From Candidatus Eiseniibacteriota bacterium (GTDB taxonomy: Bacteria > Eisenbacteria > RBG-16-71-46): a stretch of 64,000 bases of DNA. Shown here piece by piece: positions 8,750 to 20,193 of the stretch; within the stretch, counting starts at the first letter, position 1; every line of letters begins with the position of its first letter. Made by a program: the position numbers and the translations under genes. A model generated the notes under the pieces. The model ran no database searches, was not told the DNA's origin, and was given only the letters and a program-made list of their open reading frames with translations. Where the stretch lies: assembly GCA_044223005.1 (NCBI GenBank), contig JBGAML010000003.1, positions 64,001 to 128,000 on the forward strand. The letters run 5' to 3'.

Positions 8750-9841
8750 TCAGCGCAGCAGCACTCCCGTCGCGTGCGACGCGAGGGTTTCCGCGCCGCC
8801 ACGCGGCCGCGCGCGGACGACGTAGCGGTACACGCCGGCTGGCGCCGGCCGGCCCTGGTCGTCGGCGCCGTCCCAGTGCAGGCGTACCGGGCCCGCGTTG
8901 CGCGCGCCGCTCGCGAGCGTTCGCACCCGGCGACCCAGCAGGTCCACCACCTGGACGTCGACGTCACCCGCGGCGGGCAGCGTGAACGACAGCTCGGCGG
9001 CCCCGCGCGCCGGGTTCGGGGCGACCGAGGCCCGCAGCGCTGGCGCGGCCGCGGGGCGCGGTGCATCGAGCGTCAGGCCCGTGAAGAGAGACGAGACTTC
9101 GCTCGCCGAGAGGGTGCCGCGATAGATGCGAACGTCGTCGATCGCGCCTTTGAAGAAGCGGTCGGGAACACCCCAGCCGACGATGTTCTCGTAGCCGACG
9201 GTGAGCGGGATCGCGGCGACGTTCGGCAGGCCCGTGAACCCCGGGATGCTGTCGGACGCGACCTTCGCGGCGTCGACGTAGAAGACCGCCCGATGCGTGG
9301 TGGAATCGTAGACGCCGGCCAGCAGGTGGAAGTTTCCGTCGAGGACGCTCGTGGTGCCCGAGAGCCGGAAGTTCTGGTTCAGCGCGTCCCGGAACTGGTA
9401 CACGGGGAGCCCGGCCGGATCCACGAACAGCGAGTAGACCTCGTTGTTCCCGCTGCCGCACGCCGAGACCGCGCCGCACTCGTACCACTGCACCACGTAC
9501 TGCGTCTGTCCGGTGCCGGGCGCCGACGGCGCGATCCACGCGGTGAGCGACCAGCTCGACGTGCCCGGCGCGAACCGCGCGTCCGGGGCGTGGATCAGGC
9601 CCGCGCCGAGGCCGTCGAACGCGGCGACCTTGCCGCCGTGTCCCACGGGAAAGGTCACGGCGCCGATCGGCGAGAGGTCGAGCGCGTGCCCCGAACTGTC
9701 GGCGCCGCTCCCCGAATCGAAGTTCCAGCGAGCCACCAGCGCGGGGTCGGCTTGCGCCCGGGCGGTCCCGAGAGCGAGGCAGGCGGCGAGCAGCAGGCCG
9801 GTGAGGGCGAGCGGCGGGGCGAGGCGGTGTGGGGCGGCCAT
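8750..9841 (-). CDS. Secreted LamG-like protein with FlgD/T9SS-A-like CTD
   Basis: GGAG RBS; signal peptide; LVARWNFD...FKGAIDDVRIY; PNPARG...DLLGRRVRTL...WDGADDQG...GVY. Confidence 0.85.
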   Translation of the reverse strand: MAAPHRLAPPLALTGLLLAACLALGTARAQADPALVARWNFDSGSGADSSGHALDLSPIGAVTFPVGHGGKVAAFDGLGAGLIHAPDARFAPGTSSWSLTAWIAPSAPGTGQTQYVVQWYECGAVSACGSGNNEVYSLFVDPAGLPVYQFRDALNQNFRLSGTTSVLDGNFHLLAGVYDSTTHRAVFYVDAAKVASDSIPGFTGLPNVAAIPLTVGYENIVGWGVPDRFFKGAIDDVRIYRGTLSASEVSSLFTGLTLDAPRPAAAPALRASVAPNPARGAAELSFTLPAAGDVDVQVVDLLGRRVRTLASGARNAGPVRLHWDGADDQGRPAPAGVYRYVVRARPRGGAETLASHATGVLLR

Positions 9842-9862
9842 GGCGGTTCTCCCGGGTGGGGC

Positions 9863-9890
9863 GACGAAGTGAGGTGGCATCGATGTGACA
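9863..9890 (-). promoter_or_regulatory. ECF-type promoter, TGTCACA-N17-CGTC
   Basis: On the minus strand, ending about 21 nt before the ATG at 9841; resembles the ECF41 consensus. Confidence 0.5.
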
Positions 9891-10036
9891 CATGCCGGGG
9901 GGGCTTCGTCACACCCGGTGCCGGTTGACGAACACCCGCTCGGGAGGGCGGCCGTCTCGGCGTCTGGCGGCCACTTGGGTTACCTTGGCCGCATCGATCC
10001 CGGCCCCCCGGGGCCCGCCCGCCGAAGGAGATGCCG

Positions 10037-11551
10037 ATGCCGAAACCGACCGAATTCCTCAAGGACAAGCCCGTACCCGGCGCCTGCGCCGGTGAATGGT
10101 TCGCCAGCGGCAAGCCGCTGCGCTCGACGTCACCCATCGACGGCTCGCTGATCGGCGAGATCACCACCGCGACGGCCGCCGAGACCGAGAAGGTGATCGC
10201 GGCGGCGCACGCCGCGTTCCTCGAATGGCGGCAGGTGCCCGCGCCCGTGCGCGCCGAAGTGGTGCGCAAGATCGGCGTCGCGCTCCGGGAGCACAAGGAA
10301 GAGCTCGCCGCGCTCGTCACGCTCGAGATGGGCAAGATCCTGTCCGAGGGCCGCGGCGAGGTGCAGGAGATGATCGACATCTGCGACTTCGCCGTCGGGC
10401 TCGGCCGCCAGGTCGGCGGGCTGACGCTGCCGAGCGAGCGCGCGGGGCACCGGCTCGTGGAGCAGTGGCATCCGCTCGGCGTCGTGGGTGTGGTGACCGC
10501 GTTCAACTTCCCGGTCGCCGTGTGGGCGTGGAACTCGGCGCTCGCGCTCGTCGCCGGCGATACGGTCGTCTGGAAGCCGTCGTCCAAGACGCCGCTCTGC
10601 GCCGTCGCCGTGACGCGCATCGCGCAGGCCGTGCTCGCCGAGTGCGGCTATCCCGGCGCGGCGCTGTCGCTCGTGATCGGCTCGGGTAAGGACGTGGGCG
10701 ACAAGATCGTCTCCGACCCGCGCATCGCGCTACTCTCGTACACGGGCTCGGTCGCGACGGGACGCCACGTCGGCATGAAGGTGCAGGAGCGCTTCGGGCG
10801 GCCGCTGCTCGAACTGGGCGGCAACAACGCGGTGATCGTGACGCCGAGCGCGGACGTCGACAACGCGATCCAGGCGGTGCTGTTCGGCGCCGTGGGCACC
10901 GCGGGCCAGCGCTGCACGTCGACGCGCCGGTTGATCCTGCACGAGAGCCTCTACGATCGCGCCGTGTCGCGCCTGGTCGCGATGTACCCGCAGATCCCGC
11001 TCGGCGATCCGCGCGACGCGAAGACGCTGGTCGGTCCGCTCATCGACGCCGACGCGGTCGCGCAGATGCAGCGCGCGCTCGAGGCGGCGAAGGCGCAGGG
11101 CGGCAAGGTCCTCGTGGGCGGCGAGCCCGTCGACCGCGCGGGCGGCTGCTACGCGAAGCCGGCGCTGGTGGCGGCGACGGCGGACATGGCGATCGTGAGC
11201 GAGGAGACGTTCGCGCCGATCCTCTACGTGCTCAAGTACCGCACGCTCGACGAGGCCATCGCGATCCAGAACGGCGTGCCGCAGGGCCTGTCGAGCTCGA
11301 TCTTCTCCAACGACCTGGTCGAGTGCGAGCGGTTCCTGTCGGCGGTCGGCAGCGACTGCGGCATCGCGAACGTGAACACGTCGACCAGCGGCGCCGAGAT
11401 CGGCGGCGCGTTCGGCGGCGAAAAGGAGACGGGTGGCGGCCGCGAATCGGGTTCCGATTCGTGGAAGGCCTACATGCGCCGCCAGACGACGGTGGTCAAC
11501 GCGAGCGGCAAGATCGCGCTGGCGCAGGGCGTGAAGTTCGACGTCGGATAG
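10037..11551 (+). CDS. Aldehyde dehydrogenase family 7 (piperideine-6-carboxylate/aminoadipate-semialdehyde dehydrogenase-like)
   Basis: GEVQEMIDICDFAVGL, LELGGNNA, GTAGQRCT, GAEIGGAFGGEKETGGGRESGSDSWKAYMRRQT; AAGGAG spacing favours ATG 10037 over 10031. Confidence 0.92.
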   Translation: MPKPTEFLKDKPVPGACAGEWFASGKPLRSTSPIDGSLIGEITTATAAETEKVIAAAHAAFLEWRQVPAPVRAEVVRKIGVALREHKEELAALVTLEMGKILSEGRGEVQEMIDICDFAVGLGRQVGGLTLPSERAGHRLVEQWHPLGVVGVVTAFNFPVAVWAWNSALALVAGDTVVWKPSSKTPLCAVAVTRIAQAVLAECGYPGAALSLVIGSGKDVGDKIVSDPRIALLSYTGSVATGRHVGMKVQERFGRPLLELGGNNAVIVTPSADVDNAIQAVLFGAVGTAGQRCTSTRRLILHESLYDRAVSRLVAMYPQIPLGDPRDAKTLVGPLIDADAVAQMQRALEAAKAQGGKVLVGGEPVDRAGGCYAKPALVAATADMAIVSEETFAPILYVLKYRTLDEAIAIQNGVPQGLSSSIFSNDLVECERFLSAVGSDCGIANVNTSTSGAEIGGAFGGEKETGGGRESGSDSWKAYMRRQTTVVNASGKIALAQGVKFDVG

Positions 11552-11575
11552 CCGCGAAGCGGCCGGTCTGATTGC

Positions 11576-11612
11576 ATTCGGGGCCCGCACCGAAATGGTG
11601 CGGGCCCCGAAT
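11576..11612. terminator. Perfect 16-bp inverted repeat between convergent genes
   Basis: ATTCGGGGCCCGCACC-gaaat-GGTGCGGGCCCCGAAT. Confidence 0.7.
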
Positions 11613-11646
11613 CGTTCCCGGCGCGGCGCTCGCTCGCGCCGTCGCG

Positions 11647-14600
11647 TCAGTGCAGCTTGACCACGCGCGTGCTGCCGTCGACGCCCGCGCCGCGCACGCG
11701 GACGTAGTAGATCCCGCTCGCCATGTCGCGGCCCGCGGCGTCGCGGCCGTCCCAGCGCAGCTCGTGAGTGCCCGCGAGCATGTAGTGGTTCGCGAGCGGC
11801 GCGACGCGATGCCCCATCACGTCGTAGACGTCGGCCTGCACGGTGCCCGGGCGCGCGAGCACGCAGCGGATCGACGTGAACGCGACGAACGGATTCGGGT
11901 GGACGCGGTCGATTCCCGAGACGAGCGGCGACGCCGGCGATCCGGGCACCGAGACCAGGCTCGCCGTGCAGGTCTGGGTGCCGATCCCGACCGCGTCGAT
12001 CTCGTTCCAGCCGGGCACCGCGGGGGAGTCGAACTCGAGCTGCACCTGGTCGACGAGGAAGCCGGGGTAGGGGAACCGCGCCGTGTAGACGCGCGCCGCC
12101 TGCGGCGCGGGCACGGCGGGCGCCGACCACACGAGCACGAAGTTCCCCGTGTTCGGGTTCTTCACGCTCACGCGGTAGAGCGCGCCGGGATTGAAGGTCT
12201 CGAACACCTGCACGAAATCGATCGCCGCCGGCGTCGCGTAGTGCAGCGTGATCGATTCCTTCACCTCGTCCTCGTGGAGGCTGGCCCACGAGGTCGGGAG
12301 ATCCCCGTAGTCGGGATAGGTGTCCGGCAGGCCCAGCGCCTGGATCGCGTACCACTGCGGCGGGCCCGAGAGCGTGTACTCGCTGCTCACCGCGATCACG
12401 CTGTCGGCGTACTGCACGTGGTCCACGTTGACGAGGTTCCGGATCGTGCGCGAGGTGGTGCCGTTCAGGTCGGTGATCGCGAGCGTCGCCGCGTGCGAGC
12501 CCGGCGACCCGAACACGACCCGCGGGTTGCGGGCGTTCGCGTCGCTCACGTACGCCGCCGCGGGCGAGAAGGTCCACTGGTAGGTCGCGGGCCCATTCGC
12601 GACCGAGTAGCTCTCGAACTGCAGCGTGTCGCACGGGCCGGGCGTGGCCGACCCGGCGACCATCGGCTGCACGAGCGTCGTGGTCGAAGGTTCGTACAGC
12701 GGGGCCTCCCAGATGCCCTGCGTGGTGCCCAGTCGCAGCACCTGCTTGGGGTACTGGATCGCGCCCCATGCCATGTCCGGTCCCAGCGCGGACGGCAGTC
12801 CGGTGTTGTACGCGACCCAGTCGGGCATCAGGTCGTTCCGGTAGAGCACGGCGCCGTACTGGCCCACCAGGTAGATCCCGCCGGACGTTCCCAGCTGGTG
12901 GAACATGTTGACCAGCACGACGCCGTCGAGCGCGGGTGTGGTGAGGTTGCTCCACGACGCTCCGCCGTCGGCGCTCTTGTAGATCTTGTTCCCGTTGGGG
13001 CCGTTGCGGAAGCACCACCACAGCTCGTTCGAGCTGGTCCCGCTCACCGCGATCGTGCCCAACTGGCGTTGTGCCGCCGAGAGCCCCGCGGGGTTCGCGC
13101 ACTGCGTCCACGTCTTGCCGCGATCGACCGACTTCCAGAGTTCGCCGCTCGCGCCGAGACGCACGGTGACGTAGAGAACGTTCGGGTCCGTCCGGGAGAC
13201 CTCGATGTGCTGTTCGACCGCCGCGGGATCGGCATGCTTCCACACGAGCTGGAACGTCGTGCCGTTGTCCTCGGTGCGCCAGAGCCCGTCGTTCCGTCCG
13301 ACGTAGAAGGTGCGCGCGAAGCGCGGATCCCACTCCACTTCGCCGGCGTTCATCTCGTTCCCGGGAACGGCCGAACCGTCGGCGGGGAGCTTAGCGACCG
13401 CGAAGGTCGTGATCGCGCCGTTGAACGTGCTCGGCCACCGGATGCCGCCGGGGAACACGGAGGCATAGCTCATGCGGTTGTCGGCCGGATTGACGAAGCC
13501 CGTCACCGGTTCACCGCTCGAGGTCGAGAGGAACGTGCCCGCGGGATAGCCCTCGACCCACGCGCCGATGGCGTTGTGGTTCCGGCCGCTGACGATCGCG
13601 TCCTCGTTCCAACCCTGGCCGAAGCCCCAGATCTGCGTGCCGCGGAGCCCGATCGTGCGCGCGGAGAAGTTGGTCGTGGTCGTCCAGAAATCGGTCGACA
13701 GGGTGACGCCGCCGTCCGAGGCGACCCACGAGTCGCCGCCGATGCACACGATGTGCTGGAGGTCCGCATGGAGGTACTGCGAGACGCACTCGCTGATCGA
13801 GACGAACGTGTTTCCGCCGTCCATCGACCGGAACGCGTAGCAGGTGCCCAGCACGATCTGGTTCGCATCGAGCGGCGAGGCGGCGATCGCCTGGTCGTAA
13901 TAGCCCTGGCAGTTGTCGAGGATGAACGGGCCGACGGCCGGCTCGCACTGGTTGTTCGCGTTCACGCCGACGGGGCTGAAGGCCTTGGTGACCCAGGTCT
14001 CTCCGGCGTCGTCACTGCGCAGGAGCCGCGAGCCCTCGACCTCCGTGACCAGGGCGTAGATCCGGTCCGGTGCCGCCGGCGTGACGGCGATGCGTCCGCC
14101 GAGGTAGGGCCCGATGTGCGCGGACCAGCCCGTGCGCCGGCGGGTCCAGCTGTTGCCGCCGTTCGTGGTCTTGTAGAAGTCGATGCTGTCCCCGGCGACG
14201 TTCTGGATCAGTGCGTAGCCGATGTTCGCGTTCCCGGGCCGGTACGCCACGTCGTACGTGACGCGGCCGAACGCCCCGTTCCAGTTCGAGGTCGGCGTCT
14301 TGGCGAGGAACGTCGACCCGGCGACCAGCACGGTCTCGGGCTGGTCGGGCTTGAGCACGATCGTGTTCGCGGCGACGGGGGGATAGTCGAGCGAGAGCGT
14401 CCAGCTCACGCCGCCGTCCGTCGACTTCACGATGCCGCGTCCGTTGCCCACGTAGACGATGTTCGGGTCGTTGGGGTGGACCGTGATCGCCGTGATGCCG
14501 GTGCGCAGCAGCGTGTCGTTCACCCCGATCGGCGTCCAGGTGAGGCCCTTGTCGGTCGACTTGCTGAGCGCTCCCAACTGCGAGCCCGCGTACAGGACGC

Positions 14601-15063
14601 TGGGATTGCTGGGCGCCACCGCGAAGCCGCGGATGTTCGCCTGCAGGGGCCGGAGCGGCTGTGCCGCGTTCTCGTTCTGGCTCCAGTAGGTGGCCGTGGG
14701 CCCCACGTAGCTCCAGCCCGCGCTCGTCGCGCCGGTCTTCGTGCGCGCGACCTCGAGCCACGGTACCGGCGCCCCGACCAGCGTCCACGGATCGTTCACC
14801 GGCTCCGGGCGCGCCTCGACTTCGTCTTCGGGCTCTTCGGATTCCCCGCCGTCGCCGTCGAGCCAGCGCTCGAACCCCACCGCGGGCTTCGCGTCGCCTT
14901 CGCGCAGTAGCTCCTGCAGCCACTCGGGCATGCTGGCGGCGAGCACGAGGCGCGGCACGGCGTCCTCGTGTTCGAGCGGGCGGGCCCGCGCGGGAAGCGC
15001 CGGCAGGAGCAGTGCTGCGAGAAGGGCGAGGAGCAGCGTAGGGCGCAGCGCGGCCTGCGGCAT
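11647..15063 (-). CDS. Secreted BNR/Asp-box beta-propeller protein with PKD-like, discoidin-like and FlgD/T9SS-A-like domains
   Basis: GGAGG RBS; signal peptide; many S-T-D-G-G-x-T/S-W Asp boxes; ATYQWTFSP...NPRVVFGSPG; CTD PNPF...YDVMGHRV...WDGRD...SGIYY. Confidence 0.85.
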   Translation of the reverse strand: MPQAALRPTLLLALLAALLLPALPARARPLEHEDAVPRLVLAASMPEWLQELLREGDAKPAVGFERWLDGDGGESEEPEDEVEARPEPVNDPWTLVGAPVPWLEVARTKTGATSAGWSYVGPTATYWSQNENAAQPLRPLQANIRGFAVAPSNPSVLYAGSQLGALSKSTDKGLTWTPIGVNDTLLRTGITAITVHPNDPNIVYVGNGRGIVKSTDGGVSWTLSLDYPPVAANTIVLKPDQPETVLVAGSTFLAKTPTSNWNGAFGRVTYDVAYRPGNANIGYALIQNVAGDSIDFYKTTNGGNSWTRRRTGWSAHIGPYLGGRIAVTPAAPDRIYALVTEVEGSRLLRSDDAGETWVTKAFSPVGVNANNQCEPAVGPFILDNCQGYYDQAIAASPLDANQIVLGTCYAFRSMDGGNTFVSISECVSQYLHADLQHIVCIGGDSWVASDGGVTLSTDFWTTTTNFSARTIGLRGTQIWGFGQGWNEDAIVSGRNHNAIGAWVEGYPAGTFLSTSSGEPVTGFVNPADNRMSYASVFPGGIRWPSTFNGAITTFAVAKLPADGSAVPGNEMNAGEVEWDPRFARTFYVGRNDGLWRTEDNGTTFQLVWKHADPAAVEQHIEVSRTDPNVLYVTVRLGASGELWKSVDRGKTWTQCANPAGLSAAQRQLGTIAVSGTSSNELWWCFRNGPNGNKIYKSADGGASWSNLTTPALDGVVLVNMFHQLGTSGGIYLVGQYGAVLYRNDLMPDWVAYNTGLPSALGPDMAWGAIQYPKQVLRLGTTQGIWEAPLYEPSTTTLVQPMVAGSATPGPCDTLQFESYSVANGPATYQWTFSPAAAYVSDANARNPRVVFGSPGSHAATLAITDLNGTTSRTIRNLVNVDHVQYADSVIAVSSEYTLSGPPQWYAIQALGLPDTYPDYGDLPTSWASLHEDEVKESITLHYATPAAIDFVQVFETFNPGALYRVSVKNPNTGNFVLVWSAPAVPAPQAARVYTARFPYPGFLVDQVQLEFDSPAVPGWNEIDAVGIGTQTCTASLVSVPGSPASPLVSGIDRVHPNPFVAFTSIRCVLARPGTVQADVYDVMGHRVAPLANHYMLAGTHELRWDGRDAAGRDMASGIYYVRVRGAGVDGSTRVVKLH

Positions 15064-15220
15064 GGGGAGCCTCCGAGGATGGGACGGGGGCTGCGGGAAG
15101 GGAGAAGCGTAGCATCGCGCCCGCGGATTCCCGCCCGTGAAATCGCGCTTCCGGGGGGTGGATCGGCGCCCACCACGGGTGCGCGGGCCGCGCACGGAGA
15201 GGGCGGTTTCCTCACGCCCC

Positions 15221-15260
15221 AAACGAAACGGCCCGCCCCGCGTCGCCGCGGACGGGCCGG
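15221..15260 (-). terminator. Intrinsic terminator downstream of tRNA-Lys
   Basis: GC-rich stem 15229-15259 followed on the minus strand by TTTCGTTT. Confidence 0.65.
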
Positions 15261-15275
15261 AAGTTTCGGTTTGAA

Positions 15276-15351
<76 letters not shown>

Positions 15352-15405
15352 ATCCCGCCACCGCCGGAGTTCGTGCGAGCGAAGGAACCGGCGAAAAGCC
15401 GGGAC

Positions 15406-15434
15406 AATCTACGGTCCGGGCCCCCGCGCGTCAA
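15406..15434 (-). promoter_or_regulatory. sigma70 promoter of tRNA-Lys
   Basis: Minus strand TTGACG-N17-TAGATT. Confidence 0.7.
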
Positions 15435-15516
15435 GTCGGCGAAATGACGCCGTGCCGGAGCGCGTGCTAGTCTGCGCCCCTTCCTGACCCTCTCGTCCAC
15501 CCATCGGAGGCGGTTC

Positions 15517-15918
15517 GTGGCGCGCGGAACCACTCGGCCCTCGCCGGCGGCGCTCATCTTGCGGTACTGGCTGCCCCTGCTGGCCTACATCGCGACGATC
15601 TTCACCGTGAGCGCCCAGCCGTACCTCCAGCCGCCGTTGCACTTCCAGAACTCCGACAAGATCATGCACCTGCTCGAGTACGGCGGGCTGGGGCTGCTCC
15701 TGTTCCGGCTCGTGCACCGCCAGGGGTCGATCCAGCGCAAGGACGTCGCGGCGCTCGTCGTCCTGCTCGCGGGCATGGCGATCGGCGCGGCGGACGAGAC
15801 CTTCCAGCGCTTCGTCCCGGGGCGCCAATCGTCGGTGCTCGACTGGCTCGCCGACAGTCTCGGCATCGGTCTCGCGCAGGTGATCGGGCTGGCTTGGACC
15901 GAGATGCGGGGGAACTGA
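15517..15918 (+). CDS. VanZ family membrane protein
   Basis: DKIMHLLEYGGLG...DETFQRFVPGRQSSVLDWLADSLG. Confidence 0.9.
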   Translation: MARGTTRPSPAALILRYWLPLLAYIATIFTVSAQPYLQPPLHFQNSDKIMHLLEYGGLGLLLFRLVHRQGSIQRKDVAALVVLLAGMAIGAADETFQRFVPGRQSSVLDWLADSLGIGLAQVIGLAWTEMRGN

Positions 15919-15920
15919 AC

Positions 15921-17200
15921 ATGGCACCCAAGCACCAGGCTCCGCGCGGCACGCGCGACCTGCTTCCCGACGAGACGCCGCTCTGGCGCTGGGCCGAGGC
16001 CACGGCGCGCGGCGTGCTCGACCGCTACGGCTACGGCGAACTGCGCACTCCGATGTTCGAGGACTACGAGCTCTTCGCGCGCACCGCGGGCGAGTCGAGC
16101 GACGTCGTGCAGAAGGAGATGTACCGCTTCCAGGACCTCGGCGAGCGCGATCTCGCGCTGCGGCCCGAGTTCACCGCCGGCGTGATGCGCGCCTACCTCG
16201 AGCACGGGCTCGGCGGGCGCACGCGCGTGCACCGGCTCTGGAGCACGGGGCCGGTGTTCCGCTACGGCCGGCCGCAGAAGGGGCGGTACCGCCAGTTCTC
16301 GCAGCTTAACTGCGAGCTGGTCGGCTCGCCCGCGCCGGGCGCGGACGTGGAGATGATCACGCTGTTCGTGGACCTCTACGAAGCGTGGGGCTTCACCGAC
16401 CTCACCGTGCTCGTCAACAGCGTCGGCCAGCCGGCGAGCCGGCGCGCGTACGGCGACCGGCTGCGCGAGTGGCTCGCGCCGGTCCACGGCAAGCTCAGTG
16501 CCGATTCGCAGGCGCGCCTCGTCACCAACCCGCTGCGCGTGCTCGACACCAAAGACGAAGGCGACCTCGCGCTGATCGCGGGGCTGAAGGACATGCCCCG
16601 GCTGCTCGACTCGGTCGATGCCGACGACCGCGCCCACTGGGACGCGGTGATCGCCGGGCTCGACGCGGCGGGCGTCCGCTACGAGATCGACCACGGCCTC
16701 GTGCGCGGGCTCGACTACTACACGCGCACGGCCTTCGAGGTGCACGACCGCTCGCTGGGCGCGCAGAGCGCGCTGGGCGGCGGCGGGCGCTACGACGGCC
16801 TGATCGAGATGCTGGGGGGCCCGCCCACGCCCGGCGTGGGGTTCGCGGTGGGCCTGGACCGGGCGCTGCTCGTGCTTCAGCAACGGGGCGCACAGGTCGA
16901 AAACAAGGACGCGGTCTGTCTGGTGGCCATGGACGGCACCCGAGCCGCCGCCACCGCCCTCGCGCGCACGCTCCGGCGCGAGTTCGTCGTCGAAACCGAC
17001 GTCGAGGGGCGGGGCTTCGGCGCGCAGATGAAGTCGGCGGGCAAGTCGGGCGCACGGTTCCTCGTCATCATGGGCGAGGAGGAGTGGGCCCGCGGGCAGG
17101 TCGCGCTCAAGGATTCCAGGACGGGCACGCAGGAGACGCTGGCGCGCGAGGCGCTGGCGGACACCCTGCGCGCGAGGTCGCACGCCACGGGAGAATCGAA

Positions 17201-17204
<4 letters not shown>
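15921..17204 (+). CDS. hisS: Histidine--tRNA ligase
   Basis: PRGTRD, KEMY, LRPEFTA, FRYGRPQKGRYRQF, LVRGLDYY, GGGRYDGL. Confidence 0.97.
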
Positions 17205-19012
<1,808 letters not shown>

Positions 19013-19029
19013 GCTCCCTCGCCGCACAC

Positions 19030-19064
19030 GAACGCCCGCGTCCCGCTCCGGGACGCGGGCGTTC
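19030..19064 (+). terminator. Hairpin after aspS
   Basis: Perfect 16-bp stem GAACGCCCGCGTCCCG-ctc-CGGGACGCGGGCGTTC. Confidence 0.65.
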
Positions 19065-19118
19065 CGCGTGGTAGCATCCGGCGTCCCCCCGCGACCATCC
19101 CGAGGGAGCACGAGCGTC

Positions 19119-20102
19119 ATGGACCCCACTCCATCGCTGGCTGCCGCCGATTCGCTGCCCGTGCCCACGGGCGCGGACCGCCCGCCGCCGTCGCCCGCGC
19201 CGGCATCCGGCTGGCGCGCGATCCTGGCCCTCGTGTTCGTCCTGCTGGTGGGCGAGATCGCCGGCTCCGCCCTGCACGCGCTGCTCATGTTCACGGTGCT
19301 GCGGTCGTGGATCCCGAGCTACTACGACTACGGCTGGTCGTCCGCGAGCCTGCGACTGGTGCGCCACATTCCGCGCGTCCTGATGCTCGAGCTGGCACTT
19401 TCCAACGCGTGCGTCCTCGGGTGTGCGTTCCTCGTGGACGCGGCGTCGCGGCGGCCACGCGGTGCGCGCCTGGGCCTGCGCGGAGGGCGCCTGCCAATGC
19501 GTGCGCTCGCGCTGCTGATCCCCGCCGCCATCGGGGCGGCTGCGATGGGCATCCTGCTCTCCGGCCTGCTCGAGCGGGCGGGCGGGACGGCGCCACTCGC
19601 CGCGTGGCGCTCGACGTTCGTGGAGGGACTCCAGTTCGGGAGCGTGTGGGAACGGTTGGGCCTGATGCTCTTCGTGGGGGGCTTCGCGGGGCTCGTCGAG
19701 GAAGTGACGTTCCGGGGCGTGCTGCAGCGCGGCCTGTTGCGCACATGGCGGCCGCCGGCCGCGCTGCTCACCACCGCGGCGCTGTTCTCGCTCGCGCACG
19801 GCAGTCTCGCGTACGCCGCCTTCGCGCTGCCTTTCGCCCTCCTGGCCGGCTGGGTCGCATGGAAGGACGACGCGATCCGCTTCACGATCGCGTGCCACGT
19901 CACGGTCAACCTGCTCGGGGAGGGAATCGGGGCGTTCTCCGGGCCGCGCGCGGGCGCGCACGAGCTGGGCTGGGCGCTCTCCGATCCGAGTGCGCCGATC
20001 GCGGCTGCGCTTCGTGACGGACTGATCCTGCTCGCGGTCGCGGTCGCACTCGTGTGGCCCGCGTGGCACTGGGTCCGGCGCTGGGCGCGCTCGTCGGATT
20101 GA
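19119..20102 (+). CDS. CPBP (CAAX/Abi) family intramembrane metalloprotease
   Basis: EEVTFRG, FSLAH and HVTVN motifs; multiple TM segments. Confidence 0.88.
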   Translation: MDPTPSLAAADSLPVPTGADRPPPSPAPASGWRAILALVFVLLVGEIAGSALHALLMFTVLRSWIPSYYDYGWSSASLRLVRHIPRVLMLELALSNACVLGCAFLVDAASRRPRGARLGLRGGRLPMRALALLIPAAIGAAAMGILLSGLLERAGGTAPLAAWRSTFVEGLQFGSVWERLGLMLFVGGFAGLVEEVTFRGVLQRGLLRTWRPPAALLTTAALFSLAHGSLAYAAFALPFALLAGWVAWKDDAIRFTIACHVTVNLLGEGIGAFSGPRAGAHELGWALSDPSAPIAAALRDGLILLAVAVALVWPAWHWVRRWARSSD

Positions 20103-20193
20103 ACGAGTTCGTGCTGGTCCCGGGCGCGGCGCTCGCCGATGATCCCGGCATGCCCTTGCAGATCGTCTGCCGTTGTCCAGGAGAGTGCCGGTC

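Noticed and set aside
11594..11618. Partial similarity to the tRNA-Lys 3' end (possible att site bounding 11.6-15.3 kb)
   Set aside because: The match needs gaps and mismatches, the sequence is one arm of a perfect terminator-like hairpin, and no integrase is present.
11572..14910. Very long alternative-frame and antisense ORFs (also 24792-29309, 37925-42406 and others)
   Set aside because: Arg/Ala/Gly-rich shadows of real genes caused by stop-codon scarcity at high GC; no recognisable motifs.
20146..20160. sigma54-like CGGCATG...TTGC upstream of the NYN gene
   Set aside because: GG-to-GC spacing is 9 nt rather than the required 10.
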